Assembly (NCBI RefSeq): GCF_032062105.1 | Contig: NW_026928197.1 | Span: 248,001-312,000, forward strand | DNA length: 64,000 nucleotides | From: Saccostrea cucullata | Lineage: Eukaryota | Direction of reading: 5' to 3' | Shown here: positions 48,486 to 61,337 of the stretch, piece after piece | Layout of the letters: each line of letters opens with the position of its first letter | How positions within the stretch are numbered: the first letter of the stretch is position 1 | The notes under the pieces: model-generated | What the model saw: the letters and a program-made list of their open reading frames with translations, nothing else | The model's database searches: none | What the model was told of the DNA's origin: nothing | Position numbers and translations under genes: made by a program

Positions 48486-49736
48486 ATGGATAACGTAACA
48501 TATATCCCGGAGAAATTGGAAGTTTGGAATAGAGAGCTAGCAGATAGGTTAATTTCGAATACTGTGATATTGTCTCTGTTTATAATAGTAGGGCTTTTGG
48601 GAAATTCTACTGTTATCATTATCTACAGCTTTATCATGAAAAGCGACAAAGAAGAGCGGTATTTTATTCCGTTCCTTGCCGCTGTGGATCTATGTGCTTG
48701 TCTCGTTTGCGCTTCTTCCGGAATTGCTAACAATATGATGCAGGCGACGTTTGAAAACAATTTTGCATGTAAAACGATGCAATTCCTTGGACCGCTTTTT
48801 ACTTTTAGCTCTATTTTATTTCTGTTAATCATTGCTGTGCACAGATATCTCAAAGTCTGCAAACCATTTGGAAAGCAGATGACGTTAAGGTGGAAACAAT
48901 TTGCAATGTGCTTGAGTTTGATAACGTCTCTAATATTTTCTTTACCTATGATTTATTTTCACGGAGTAGTGTCCTTTCCAAACACCGAAAAAGGAATCGT
49001 TGGTTTGAGATGCAGCAGGTCAAAATCTGCCAATAAAACATTGTCTTTGATTTTTGGGGGCCTCTTGGTCATTGCGACAGTTGCAATTATTCTTTCACTA
49101 GTTATTATGTATTCAAAAATAGGATACACAATTCTGATACATTTCAGAAACACCAAAACTATTAACGGAAATAAAATTCATCCAGAGATGGAAAATTCGA
49201 CCGATGTCGATAAGTCTCGGAAAAGAATCTCGAGCCACGAAGATCCACTTTGCGACGAGAAGGACAAAAACTATACCATTCAGACGGACAACACGGATCT
49301 ATCCGGTTACTGTTCTGCGGAAACGGACAACGCTGTGTTATCCAGTATGTATTCTCCCCATACATCTGTACAGACAACAAAGAAAGACTGTGATACGAGA
49401 ACAACAGCTCAAGGTAACGATAACCGCTGTAAGACAAGAGGACGACGTCGAAAGGGAAAACACAATCGGATAGTGGTGTACAAATTTACCCTGATGTTCA
49501 TGCTCATAACAGCCATATTCCTCATCTGTTATATTCCTAAAGTCATTATTATCATGTTCGAAGCCAGCAATCCGAAATTCTGGGAGGAACTTTCAGATTC
49601 TACAAGAACTGGCGTTTTGTTTGTGTACAGAATGTACATCATAAACAATATCACAAATCCATTTATATATGCATTCCTTGACAAGAAGTTTGCCAAAGAA
49701 ATTAAGAAGTTGTTTAAAGTTTGTATAAGAAAATAA
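48486..49736 (+). CDS. Orphan class A GPCR, intact, subtype A (G8, 416 aa)
   Basis: Full 7TM ORF from MDNVT with all family motifs. Confidence 0.95.
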   Translation: MDNVTYIPEKLEVWNRELADRLISNTVILSLFIIVGLLGNSTVIIIYSFIMKSDKEERYFIPFLAAVDLCACLVCASSGIANNMMQATFENNFACKTMQFLGPLFTFSSILFLLIIAVHRYLKVCKPFGKQMTLRWKQFAMCLSLITSLIFSLPMIYFHGVVSFPNTEKGIVGLRCSRSKSANKTLSLIFGGLLVIATVAIILSLVIMYSKIGYTILIHFRNTKTINGNKIHPEMENSTDVDKSRKRISSHEDPLCDEKDKNYTIQTDNTDLSGYCSAETDNAVLSSMYSPHTSVQTTKKDCDTRTTAQGNDNRCKTRGRRRKGKHNRIVVYKFTLMFMLITAIFLICYIPKVIIIMFEASNPKFWEELSDSTRTGVLFVYRMYIINNITNPFIYAFLDKKFAKEIKKLFKVCIRK

Positions 49737-51900
49737 TGTACAGATTTATTAATGAATATAATTTTTTCACTATTACTTATTAATGGAAAAGAATATTTCA
49801 GATATTGATAACTGTTTAAAGATATTTATCAATAATTAATAGATTATATCTATATTGAGTCTAACCTTGTTTTCAATAATAAGCTGCTACATATATGATT
49901 GTACAATTAAACTCCAGTGTTATGTTTAATGTTTTACATTTGTAAAAAGCCTTAGTTCATGATTTGCAATTGATCATTATTTTAATAAAGGAAAAATAAT
50001 ACAATTTAATACTCCATTGTAATTACGTAGCCTTACTTTGCAAGACAGCTTCTTCTCATTACCTGCCAATAAAAATATTTAATTCCTTTGTGTGTGTGTG
50101 TTTTTTTTTCAGATAAAACGGTGAACGAAAAACATTAATTTAACTATCAACAATTTTTAAATTAGATTTGAAATAATTTTAATTCATGTAAAATTATAAA
50201 GAAAATTTACAATTTTCAAACCAAAAAAAAAATTGAATGACATTATTTCAATTTTATCAATACCTTTAATTTAAATTGATCACCTTAATTAAGCATACAT
50301 ATTGAAAGTTTTTGTGGGGCAGGTTGAGGGATTTCACTGACTGCACACTGATACTTTTTTAATCCTCAGTGTGAAGAAGGAAAAAACACATTATTTTTAA
50401 ATGGCCTTAGGTAATTTTTATAACAATAAATTAAGGAAGCTTCTTACATTTACAAAAAAATGTATTACTTAAAACGACATGTTCAGGAAGTGATAGAAAA
50501 TTTGATAATATTTCAGACTGATTATTAATGTTCACATTGTTTGTTTGTTTGTTTTTAGCATATTCATGACTAAATCTTAAAATCAAAGTTCGACATACAT
50601 TGTAGTTGCACTGGAACACTAAAAACAAATAAATTGCCTAAATTATCAAAATATTCTAGGCTTCAATAAATACAGAGGAAGGTCAAATTTCCCTTAAATT
50701 CAACTTCACCGAAACTTTCTTATTTGTTCTAGGATACCAATATCTCTTTATACGTAATTTGAAAGAAATTCAATCATATATTTTTGACGTCTAAGTTTAA
50801 ATATGGCTTATCAGCCCCTTGTAAGAAGATTATGGTATCAAATATTAGATCTGATAATAAGCATTATATTAAAATACAAATTGATATATTTTAAAAAAAA
50901 AAATTGATGATCTTAATAAAGACAACTTTTTGCTACTAACTTTGGTTTATTTTGAAAAAATAGAATGTAAAGATAGAACATTATTGAAAAGTTATATGTT
51001 AATATTCTCCACTTTACGTCTTTTGACAGAAATTGTTAAATTCTACTTTTACGCAAAATAAACGGAATAAATTAAATGAAACCTAGATTAAAATTGTCTA
51101 AATTAGTAAATCTAAAACAAGTTATAATATTTTGGCGATTTAAAAGATATCCAGTGAATGAAATCACTACAGTTTATCTTTGACATCTTTATATGACACT
51201 GACCATATTTGAAAAAAAAAATGAATTCTTCTAAAGGTTTCCATATATCAGATCTATATAATAAAATAACAAAAGTTACATTGCATTTAATAACAACTGT
51301 CATATAGATGGCATGAACACGAATACAGAAATGCAGTATGACCAATTTATAGGATACGTTTCTTTTTTATTTATTTTATTTATTTATTCATTTTTATTTT
51401 TTGCGGATAAAAATTCCCTTTTTTTCTTACAGAGACCCTTGATTATCGACATTATAGTGACATAATTCTAAACCTAGTGTACTTTTTTTTAATGAAATTA
51501 GTTAAAACAGAGTTCACGGGTATTTTGTACAAAGTATCAAAAACACCCTGATCCAAGAATACTCGAGCTTTGTGCAAAGTTTTGCTGAAATTGAACCCGT
51601 GGTTTCTTGAGAAAAAGATGACATTGTAGTAGATAATTTCTTTTTGTTCGTTCACGTTCAATATATAAAACTAAAACTTAAGATAAGGTAACAAAGTAAA
51701 ATATTAATGAAAAGGAAGTTTTCTGCCTTTGATTTTATATACTCAGCTTCAATTTAAACACTTGTTAAGAGTAATTCACTTTATCACTGAGGTAAATGTA
51801 TAACGTGACGTTCCGTTTAAAAGTACGTAGTTACTGAATTAAAAACAAAGTAAAATAACTTTTTAAACAGAAAACAGTTCTAAGAAACTGAACAAAAGAG

Positions 51901-53076
51901 ATGGATAATGACACGTCTAGTTTGGAGAAATTGGAGATTTGGAACAGTGAACTGGCTGAAGGTTTGATGTTTGATAGTGTGGTATTATCTCTTTATCTCA
52001 TCGTAGGACTGTTAGGTAACTCCACAGTTATTCTTGTCTACGGTTTATTGATGAAAGGTGACAAGGAAGAGAGATATTTTATTCCGTTCCTTGCTTGTGT
52101 GGACCTATGCTCTAGTGTTATTAATTCTTCTTTTGGAATTTCTCTCAATGTTTTAAAATAATTTTGCATGTAAAAGTTTGAAGTTTCTTGTGCCGTGTTT
52201 TACTTTCACTTCAGTGTTATTTCTTTTGATCATTGCTGTGCACAGATATCGCAAGGTCTGTAAACCATTCGGAAAACAAATGACACTGAAATGGAAACAG
52301 TTTTCAATTTAACTTCAACAGTTGGGATAATATTATCTTCACCAATGCTTTATTTCAATGGATCGGTATCTTTCCCAAACACAGAGGAAGGGATTGTAAG
52401 ATGTCAATGCAGCACGGCAAAAACTGCCAATAAAACGCTGTCCTTAATTTTCAATGGCTTCCTTCTTATTGCAACGATCACTATAATCATTTCACTTATT
52501 ATCCTGTATTCCAATATAGGGTATACTATTATGTTACATTTTAACAAAAATAGGACCATACATAAAACGGAAAATTCTGTAGAGGTAAAAAATTCAATCG
52601 GTATCTTTAAGTTGCTGAATCCAATTTCGAGCCAAGGTGATCACCATTGTGAAATTAAAACCTATTCAGATAAGATGGATAGCACAGAATTATCCGGTAA
52701 CCATTTTAATGCGAAAATACAAAGGACGGCAAAGAAATGTAGTAATAAAAGAGCGACAAATGAACAGACTGCAAATCATCAGAATGCAACACAGGAAAAG
52801 CAAAAACGAAACCGGGCAGTTGTTAATAAGTTTACTCTAATGGTTATGCTTATAACCGTCATTTTCTTCATCTGTTATATTCCAAAGGTTATCATTTTGC
52901 TATTAGAAGCCAGGAATCCAAAGTTCTGGGAGGAATTTACAGATTCTACAAGAGTTGGTGTTTTGTTTGTTTCTCGAATGTACATCATAAACAATATCGC
53001 AAATCCTTTCATTTATGCATTCTTAGACAGCAAATTTGCAACAGAGGTCAAGATATTGTTTAACATTTGTAGATAG
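51901..53076 (+). pseudogene. GPCR pseudogene, subtype B (psi9), two small deletions
   Basis: A deletion at ~52152 gives a stop at 52159-52161; a second deletion at ~52310 returns to the original frame; the TM4-TM7 ORF 52291..53076 stays open. Confidence 0.88.
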
Positions 53077-54320
53077 GATCAGAGTAAATAAAAGAATTGT
53101 TTTGTCACAAGACTTTTTAAACTGTTTTATTTTGAAAAAAAAAAACAATCTGAAAAAATAAAAAGCATTCTATATTATTATATAAGGAACTTGTCCTCTT
53201 TGTTTAAATTGCCTGTAGAAATATTTGTCAATACATATAATTAATAAATCATAAGTCTGTCGTTTTTATTTCCTTTTATTCCATTACGCGTATATACATC
53301 ATATTCACAATGTCAGATTCACCTACCCTTCACCAGCTGTTCGCAGATATTGTGTATACATCATTTTTGTTGATTTATTTTTAAGGAACATATTTTTATG
53401 AATGCAGTGCACGTGCAAATGATCAAATAAGCTCACAAGCCTTAACGCTCAGGTGAGCTAATTATTGCCCAGGGATTAAAGTTTGTCTCCAATATTAGGT
53501 ATCCGAATTTTACATAAAATACTCTTAACAAACTTCTAAGTGTTTACTCTTATAAATGTATTTTTTTAAAAACTGCACGATAGAATAGTATGATATTTTT
53601 ATTATCACCTATGAGTCTTCTGAACAATTGTTGACAGAAAATCAATTATCACCGATTAAAACCCCCGTTACAAAACTTAAAAACAATAACTCTGTACTTT
53701 GCAGCACGTGTATTGAATAATCAGCATTTTTTGCTACCATTATCAATTTTTAACAACTGGTATAACTAAAATACAGAAAACATTGGCAAAATGACCGTTG
53801 AGGGAGAAGGGCGAGCCATTGGTATGTTAATATCTGAATCATCCTTACCTTTTATTCAACTTTATTTTAGTGTTTATTTGTACTTGATATTGCTTTAAAA
53901 AATAAACAACAGGTATAAAAATCCATTTCAACACATTTTTTAGGTTAGACGTCATTGTTTATCGTCAAATTACTCACAATTTGTAAGTTTGGGCAATATT
54001 AAACCAAACCGAGGGTGATCTAGATCTTCGTCTGTCAAATCCCCGGATCTGAATCCTATTGACGTATGGGACTTTTAAAAGGAATGTCACAACCCCCCTT
54101 CTTTCCAAACAATTTCAACGGTTTAGAAAGATCCCTGTAGTATGTATCGCAGCAGATAGGTCAACCTCCTATTCAAAGGGTACATGGTATCGATCAGAAA
54201 AGGATGTCTTGTAATAACCAGAGGGACTGGAGGTCTTATTCTATGGCAATTATTTGATGTGAATTTTCATTTTGAGGTTACATCATGTCCTTGACACTTT
54301 GTTTAAAGTCTGGCGAGATA

Positions 54321-54528
54321 CTGTAGATCACTAATTTTTCGCGACACCTTATTTTCGCGAGATTGTCATTGACTCTTTGTAAGCGAGACATAATTTTCAC
54401 GAATAGTTGTTATTTCTCTATATAATCGTAAGGAATACATTTCTACGCGAGAATTAAATTTTCGCGAACGCATTGTCTCGCGTAATTACGCGAAAATAAA
54501 GTTCTCGCGAATAAAAAGTGATTTACAG
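54321..54528. mobile_element. Tc1/mariner-type MITE with TA TSD and tcgcga-rich interior
   Basis: ta|ctgtagatcactaatttttcgcga ... tcgcgaataaaaagtgatttacag|ta. Confidence 0.8.
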
Positions 54529-54799
54529 TACTTAAATGGAATTTTCGCAACATCGAACTGATTTATACATCATTAACCATGAATGAAAGAAATTATCTAT
54601 TTTATGCATTTGTTCTTCATAACTTAAATTATGTTAGGTGAACACTTAGAAGTATGGTAAAAATTTTACCAAGATAAAGACAAGAAAGTAAAGTTAAATT
54701 TTTATTGCAATGACAAAACCCACACTTTTAAACTAGTTAATTTATTTTTGTTTGTTCAACAGAATAGAAAAAAAAACCAACTAAAAAGGTAAACTAAAA

Positions 54800-54910
54800 A
54801 AGTAAAATGTTAATGAAAGGAAGTTTTCTGCCTTTGATTTTATACACTCTGTTTCAATTAAAACACTTTTTTAAAAAGCTATTCAATTTGTCACTGAAAT
54901 AAATGTACAA
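54800..54910 (+). promoter_or_regulatory. Conserved upstream block of subtype B genes (candidate promoter with AGGAAGTTTT)
   Basis: aaagtaaaat.ttaatgaaaggaagttttctgc.tttgattttata also at ~26041, ~45348 and ~51694, 165-190 bp before each ATG. Confidence 0.45.
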
Positions 54911-54999
54911 CTAGAAGTTCCGCTCCATAATAAACACTGAATTTAAAACTGAGAAAAATCATTTTTAAACAAACCTGTACTAAGAACAAAGAAAAAGAA

Positions 55000-56208
55000 A
55001 TGGATAACAACACGTCTAGTTTGGAGAAATTGGAAATATGGAACAGAGATCTGGCAGAAAATTTGATGTTTGATAATGTAGTTTTGTCTCTTTACATACT
55101 AATAGGACTATTGGGCAACTCCATAGTTATTATTGTCTACGGTTTTTTGATGAAAGGTGACAAGGAAGAGAGATATTTTATTCCAATCCTTGCCGCTGTG
55201 GATTTATGCACTTGCCTGCTTGGCTCTTCATTTGGAATAGCTCTCAACATGATGCCAGTGAAATTTGACAACAACTTTGCATGTAAAACCATGAAATTTC
55301 TTGTGCCGTTTTTTGTTTTCACTTCCGTGTTATTTCTTCTGATCATTGCTGTGCACAGATATCGCAAGGTCTGCAAACCATTCGGAAAACAAATGACGAA
55401 AAAGTGGAAACAGTTTTCAATATGCTTTGCTGCGATAATAGGATTAACATTATCTTTACCTATGCTCTATTTTTATGATTCAGTATCCTTTCCAAACAAG
55501 AAAGAAGGAATTGTGGGATTGCAATGCAGCACCTCAAAAACAGTCAATAAAACACTCTCCTTAATTCATGGTGGCTTCCTTCTTATTGCAACAATAACAA
55601 TCATAATTTCACTAATTATCCTGTATTCCAAAATAGGATATACTATTATGTTACATTTCAACAAAACGAAGACCATTAACAGGAAGAAAAATTGCTCAGA
55701 TGAAGAAAATTCAATCGGCATCTATAAGTTAGAAAATCAAATTTCGAGCCACGATGATCAACATAGTGAGAATAAAACATATTCAGTTAAGACGGACAGC
55801 ACAGAATTATCTGGTAACGATTCTATTTCTCAAGTACATGTATCATCAAGTACGACAAAGAAGGTTTGTAATAAAAGAACGACAATAGAAAAGACTGCGA
55901 ATCATCATAAAGGATGTGCACCAAAGGAAAAGCAAAAACGAAACCAGGCAGTTGTATATAAGTTCACCTTAATGTTTATGCTTATAACTGTTATTTTCAT
56001 CATCTGTTATATTCCAAAGGTTATTCTTTTGCTATTAGAAGCCAGGAATCCAAAGTTCTGGGAGGAACTTTCAGATTCTACAAGAGTTGGTGTTTTGTTT
56101 GTTTATCGAATGTACATCATAAACAGTATCGCAAATCCTGTCATTTATGCATTCCTAGACAAAAAGTTTGCAACAGAAATCAAGAAGTTGTTTAACATTT
56201 GTAGGTAA
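55000..56208 (+). CDS. Orphan class A GPCR, intact, subtype B (G10, 402 aa)
   Basis: Full 7TM ORF MDNNTSSLEKLEIW...AVHRY...CYIPK...NPVIY. Confidence 0.95.
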   Translation: MDNNTSSLEKLEIWNRDLAENLMFDNVVLSLYILIGLLGNSIVIIVYGFLMKGDKEERYFIPILAAVDLCTCLLGSSFGIALNMMPVKFDNNFACKTMKFLVPFFVFTSVLFLLIIAVHRYRKVCKPFGKQMTKKWKQFSICFAAIIGLTLSLPMLYFYDSVSFPNKKEGIVGLQCSTSKTVNKTLSLIHGGFLLIATITIIISLIILYSKIGYTIMLHFNKTKTINRKKNCSDEENSIGIYKLENQISSHDDQHSENKTYSVKTDSTELSGNDSISQVHVSSSTTKKVCNKRTTIEKTANHHKGCAPKEKQKRNQAVVYKFTLMFMLITVIFIICYIPKVILLLLEARNPKFWEELSDSTRVGVLFVYRMYIINSIANPVIYAFLDKKFATEIKKLFNICR

Positions 56209-56707
56209 GTATAGTTAAATATCGGAGCAAATTTAAAAAAAAAAAAGAATTGTTTTGTCACAAAACTTTGTAAAAAATGTTTCATTTTGAAAAAATACCA
56301 TTCTGTGTAAGTTATTATGAATAGTAAGTTTTGCTTAATTTGTCTGTGGAAATATTTGTTAATAATTCATAAATTATATATCAATTGTTTTCAAAGTTTG
56401 CGCAGTTAATCACATTATTTGATACTATATGCAATATTAATTCATCAGTTTTTGTGCATCATATGGGAATAACAGGTATGAGAAAACCCTAAGGATATTA
56501 TTATAATAGTAAGTTTCAAATGTATTTAACGAAACAAAGGCATGTTTAAACAGTGAAATACAGTTCACAATCTTGCATTAAAATTTAGCCATTAATAGCG
56601 TAGTTTAAAGTAAGTCCAATATGTGACTTAACTTTAGATTAACTTATAACTTTGACTATCTTAAACTTTGGAACTAGCATTAATTATCATCAGTTGATCT
56701 ACACATT

Positions 56708-56988
56708 CGAGGGTTGTCCGGTAAACTCGTGCACAAAGCGTTTTTCGCGGAAAATAATGGACACACTTAGCTGAAATTTTCAGCAAAGGTTTATATATCA
56801 CATTTTAGTACATTCTAATTTTTTTTTTATAAAATAAAGACAAATATATAGATTGAATGTGCATAGGTTACGGTCCTATGGCGCACGATAAAAAAGGTTT
56901 ATTAGAGATTACACTAGTTTATTTCGAAATAAAAGTATTAAATATATAAGTTTGAAATGAAAACTATCATAATTATATTTAATCCTTC

Positions 56989-57020
<32 letters not shown>

Positions 57021-58637
57021 TGAAATTTTCAAGGCATTTGCTTTATATTTGGCAGTTTCCCAAACATTCAAAATGGAAAAGTGGAAAACAGAACACGAGA
57101 AAAATGGCGAGGTTAAGGTTCACCGGAGAGCTGTTCAGTTTGATTTCTATGTAGATTACGCTCTTAAAGACTTTGAATGAATACCGAAAAATAAAAAAAC
57201 AAGTTGCTGTCCTTTAAAAAAGGACTGCAATACGTGGAACATATGCATTTTTTTTTTCTAATTAAAATTCGATTAAGAAAATTTCTAGGTGTAGGGAATA
57301 TTCATGTAGGTTTGTTCACTTTTCCTACAATGATCTGCCTACTTATAACTGATTGTAGTCTCAAAGCAAAATTGTGAAATTCTATCTCCTACTAGCGACC
57401 TTTAGTTTTGTCAGTTTAAAAAATCGGGTTATTTTGATACGTTTAACTCATACTGGCTGGGGCTTGACACCTGTACTGGATTTATACGAAAGAAATTTAT
57501 CATGGGAAAAATACAGATCTGATGGTTCACAAGTAGCACAGCTCTGTAGTATGCAGATTCATTTTGTTGGAGCCCCCCCCCCTCCCCCTCACACACATTA
57601 AAAGCCATTGCTACAGACCTTTATCAAACGATATTTAGTTTGCTGAAATATTAAATAATTTTGCGAGTCTTGATGCGCAAAACAAAATAAATGCCGGTGA
57701 AAACTTGTTCTATCTTTCAAAAGCTAATACAAGTCGTTGACTGACAATTTTCATTCAAGTTGTAAAGTAACATGTATCTATATACTGCAACTTCTTGAAA
57801 TACTTTTACAATAGAATCAATGTTTAGTTTATGTATAAAAGTGTGTGTAAAAGTGAAAGAGAGAAAATCGGATCTGCCAATGAATATGTAAAGGCGATAT
57901 GCAGATTTAAAAGCGCGATTTGCCTATGAATGCCATATTTTAATTCGAATAAGGCGAATTATTGTCATCAGTTGCCAAGTTACCTGAGGTGCAAACTCTC
58001 TAGCATTCTCGCGCATGCGTACCTGTCGTTTGCCCAGGTTTATATATCCGGATTAACCTCGCTTATATATTTTTGCGTGGACCGCAGGGTCCACGCAAAA
58101 AAAAATCACCTGATTTTTAATATGCAATTGAAATTGGGGTTTTCTTAGCGAAATCTTTTTGATTGAGTACTTAAGTATAGCAAAAGATACAGCGAAACAG
58201 TTATTGTAATAGTGAAAGACGCTATCACTGTAGCTGAATGATGATGAGAATACCGTCCATAACTTACTAATAATTCTTCAGAAGGCCTCAATGACATGTG
58301 TGCGCGATAATGGTCCCTCGACTGTTTCTGCAGAAATAAAGGGAAACTAATATATGTGCATCGATGGAATTCTTAAATTCAAGTGACATCCAACCCTTTT
58401 TTTTAGCGAAGAGGAACGTGTCGCTGCTTTAGACACTTTTCTGGTATCATCCATGCTCCGTAACTCGATACAACGCATCACATAAAATCTCATAAATTGA
58501 TTATTCATGCATATATCTATTTGAAATTTGCTATGTATATTGACAGAAAATTCACTAAAGAGTGGTGAAAATTTCAGAACGCAGTGATAATTTTTCAATC
58601 CAAAAAACTTCATCACGATATTACTGGACATTCCTCG
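56708..58637. mobile_element. Old ~1.9 kb Tc1/mariner-like non-autonomous element
   Basis: cgagggttgtccggtaaactcgtg vs reverse complement of cacgatattactggacattcctcg|ta; subterminal ctgaaattttca / tgaaaatttcag. Confidence 0.55.
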
Positions 58638-61337
58638 TAGATACGTAGAAAATGTTAACTATATATTGCTTGTACAAAAATGCTTTTCATAGTGAACCCT
58701 TATCATGGTACAATAAAACACTGTGATAACAAAGTTACTGGAACCTATAAAATTACTCTGCTGTATCCTTAATTCGTTATATCCGTATAAGGAATGAGTT
58801 AAATTTATATCCGTATATCCGTGAATTCGGTACTGAACGAACTTTGCTGTACATACAGTAAATAGTAAATACAACAGTTCATTCTGAACATCAGATGTAG
58901 TGTCTTCGTTATTTTTAAGGAGAGACTCTTGTCTTGTTTCTGACTTAATGAAATATTCAAGGTATTAAATATATCATTATTTTCTTTATTTTCTTTATGT
59001 AATTTGTCTGAAATGTTTTATATGTATTTTTATATCAAGTGACATCGCATTGACCAATGAATTAATCTGTTTTTGTCTAGGACATGTGTACATTATATGA
59101 AAAAATCTGAAGCCTTGTTGTGATTGTTATTTTTCTGCTTTGAAAATCTAATTCCTTTTGAAATGGAATTTCAGAATAAAATATATGGAGATAACGAACA
59201 ATATTCAAGATCAAAATTCAATTAAACAATCTAAATTAGAGCAGAGCCAACATGGACCCTCAAAACATCATTGGTGAGATCAGGTGCACTGGAGGTGTGC
59301 GCATCCTCTGACGACTGGTTTCATCCGCCCTGTGCTTTTTGTCATGATCGTGAAATAACATACAAAATCCGTCGAAGAAGCCATTTGTAATTTGATTTTA
59401 TAATTCTTCTGTACAAGTCTTTTTTAACAACTTGGACTCGGGTATTTCTAACAAATCTGAAAAAGGAGGAAAATAATTATAATGGTAAATTAGTGAAAGA
59501 TTTTAAAATTTTGGGATAGAACTTCAGTATCTTCTTTATCTGTGTGATTCTTTAATTTTCTATGCAACAATTCCCTTCTCAAGATGGAAACCATTTGAAA
59601 AAAAAAATTTAATTTTAAAACAAGGAAGAAAGAAATATTTACAAAAGAAATCGTAGACCTCAAAGGGAAAAACAAATTAATACCGCCAGTGTTTTATGTC
59701 TTTTAAATTATTATACCTTTTTCTCCGTGTCCTTTCTGAACAAGTTTGCAACAAGAGAAATGCACTTTTCAAATTAACTTTACTTGTCTTCATAAATGTA
59801 AATATGTTCAGCTATTACCTCTTTGTTTATTATGAGAAAAATATAAATTAAAAAAAAAAGCCTTACTGGTGTTCATAACTTACAAATGTCAAAGAATGTT
59901 TTGAATTCATTTCAAAGCTCTTAGTAAAGTTCCGATAACTGTGACTTTAAGAATTGTAGTAAATTATTCATTTAAGGGGTTCACGTGGTTTAAGTGACAA
60001 ATTAAGAATAAATCTGTTCAGAATTCAACAGTGAGGAGTGAAAAACATCAAGAAAAACATCAACATCAAGGAGTGAAAAATTCTATTGATGAAATAAGGG
60101 GAACAGTAATCAAGCTCAAATGTTATGAAACAACACAAATCACTGGCAGAGCAAACACAGACCTCTTAAACCATCAGAGGTGGGATCATATCAATGGAGG
60201 CCTAAGCATGCACTGTCGACTGAGCATGTCCGCCTTGTTTGGGCATATGGAAAAATGTGAAGACAATTAATTTTAAAAATTCACAAAAATGTTTGTTTTC
60301 CAATCAAGAAAACAACAAAAATTTAAGGACACAAAAATAAGCGTTTCAAAACAAGATTTCAGACGAATTTCTGGTCGTATTAATACCAAATGAATACTAT
60401 GAAGTAGACATTTGTTTTTACGCTGTGAATAAGATCTGTCATTGCTGTCTTCTTGATACGTTTTTTTTTCATTCAAATTGCATAACCTAGATAAAGAGGG
60501 ATAAGTAATGAAAAGAAATCGATTTAAGAATTCTTAAAATTTAAATGTTTCGAACAGGACATACATGTAAACACCGATTCCTAGAAAGTCCAGAGATGAG
60601 ATAAGGTACCTAGAGGAGGTAAGAATCCCCTGGCGAATAAATGTAATATCGTGGTATATGTATCAGGACACTGTACCATTCCCTTACCTGACTCATGGGC
60701 GAGGTCTGGGGTGCATATTCTATAAGGTTGACCTCACAAGGGACATTTTTAACTGTAAAACAATATTCATTGTCTTTAATCTTCCAAACACAATAAAACA
60801 ATTAAAATATAACAAGAGGGGCATTTATTAGAATGATTGGAAGGAAAACTGTGCATTATGTACAGACCTTCGCCACTAACAAACCTACTAGCACCTGTTT
60901 AACAGAGGGAAAAAAATACCAATGTTTTTAAGGTGAACGTTTTTAAGCATAAGACAATCCACCTTTTTGTTTACTCACTCTCCTCACTGTAATAAATTTT
61001 ACAAATTAATTAACTAATTATTGTCAATTAATTATATTATAATTACTTACATCAGAAACTTTCTTGTTTTAGTCGATTACTATTTTACTTTTTTTGTGGG
61101 AAACATTTACGTAGATCAGTATTTTGCATCATTCACAATAAAGCCTTATATGAATATCATCCTGTACCACACATGCATGTATATATAACGCACGTATTAT
61201 TTGATTGAAACCCTTACTTTTGAGTAACTGCACGTGACAAACACAATGCAAACGGTGCATGCATACATAACAATGAATAACTGAATAGAATAAAATATCG
61301 TGAACCAGGAAGCTCTCATTAAAATCATATAGGAGAA

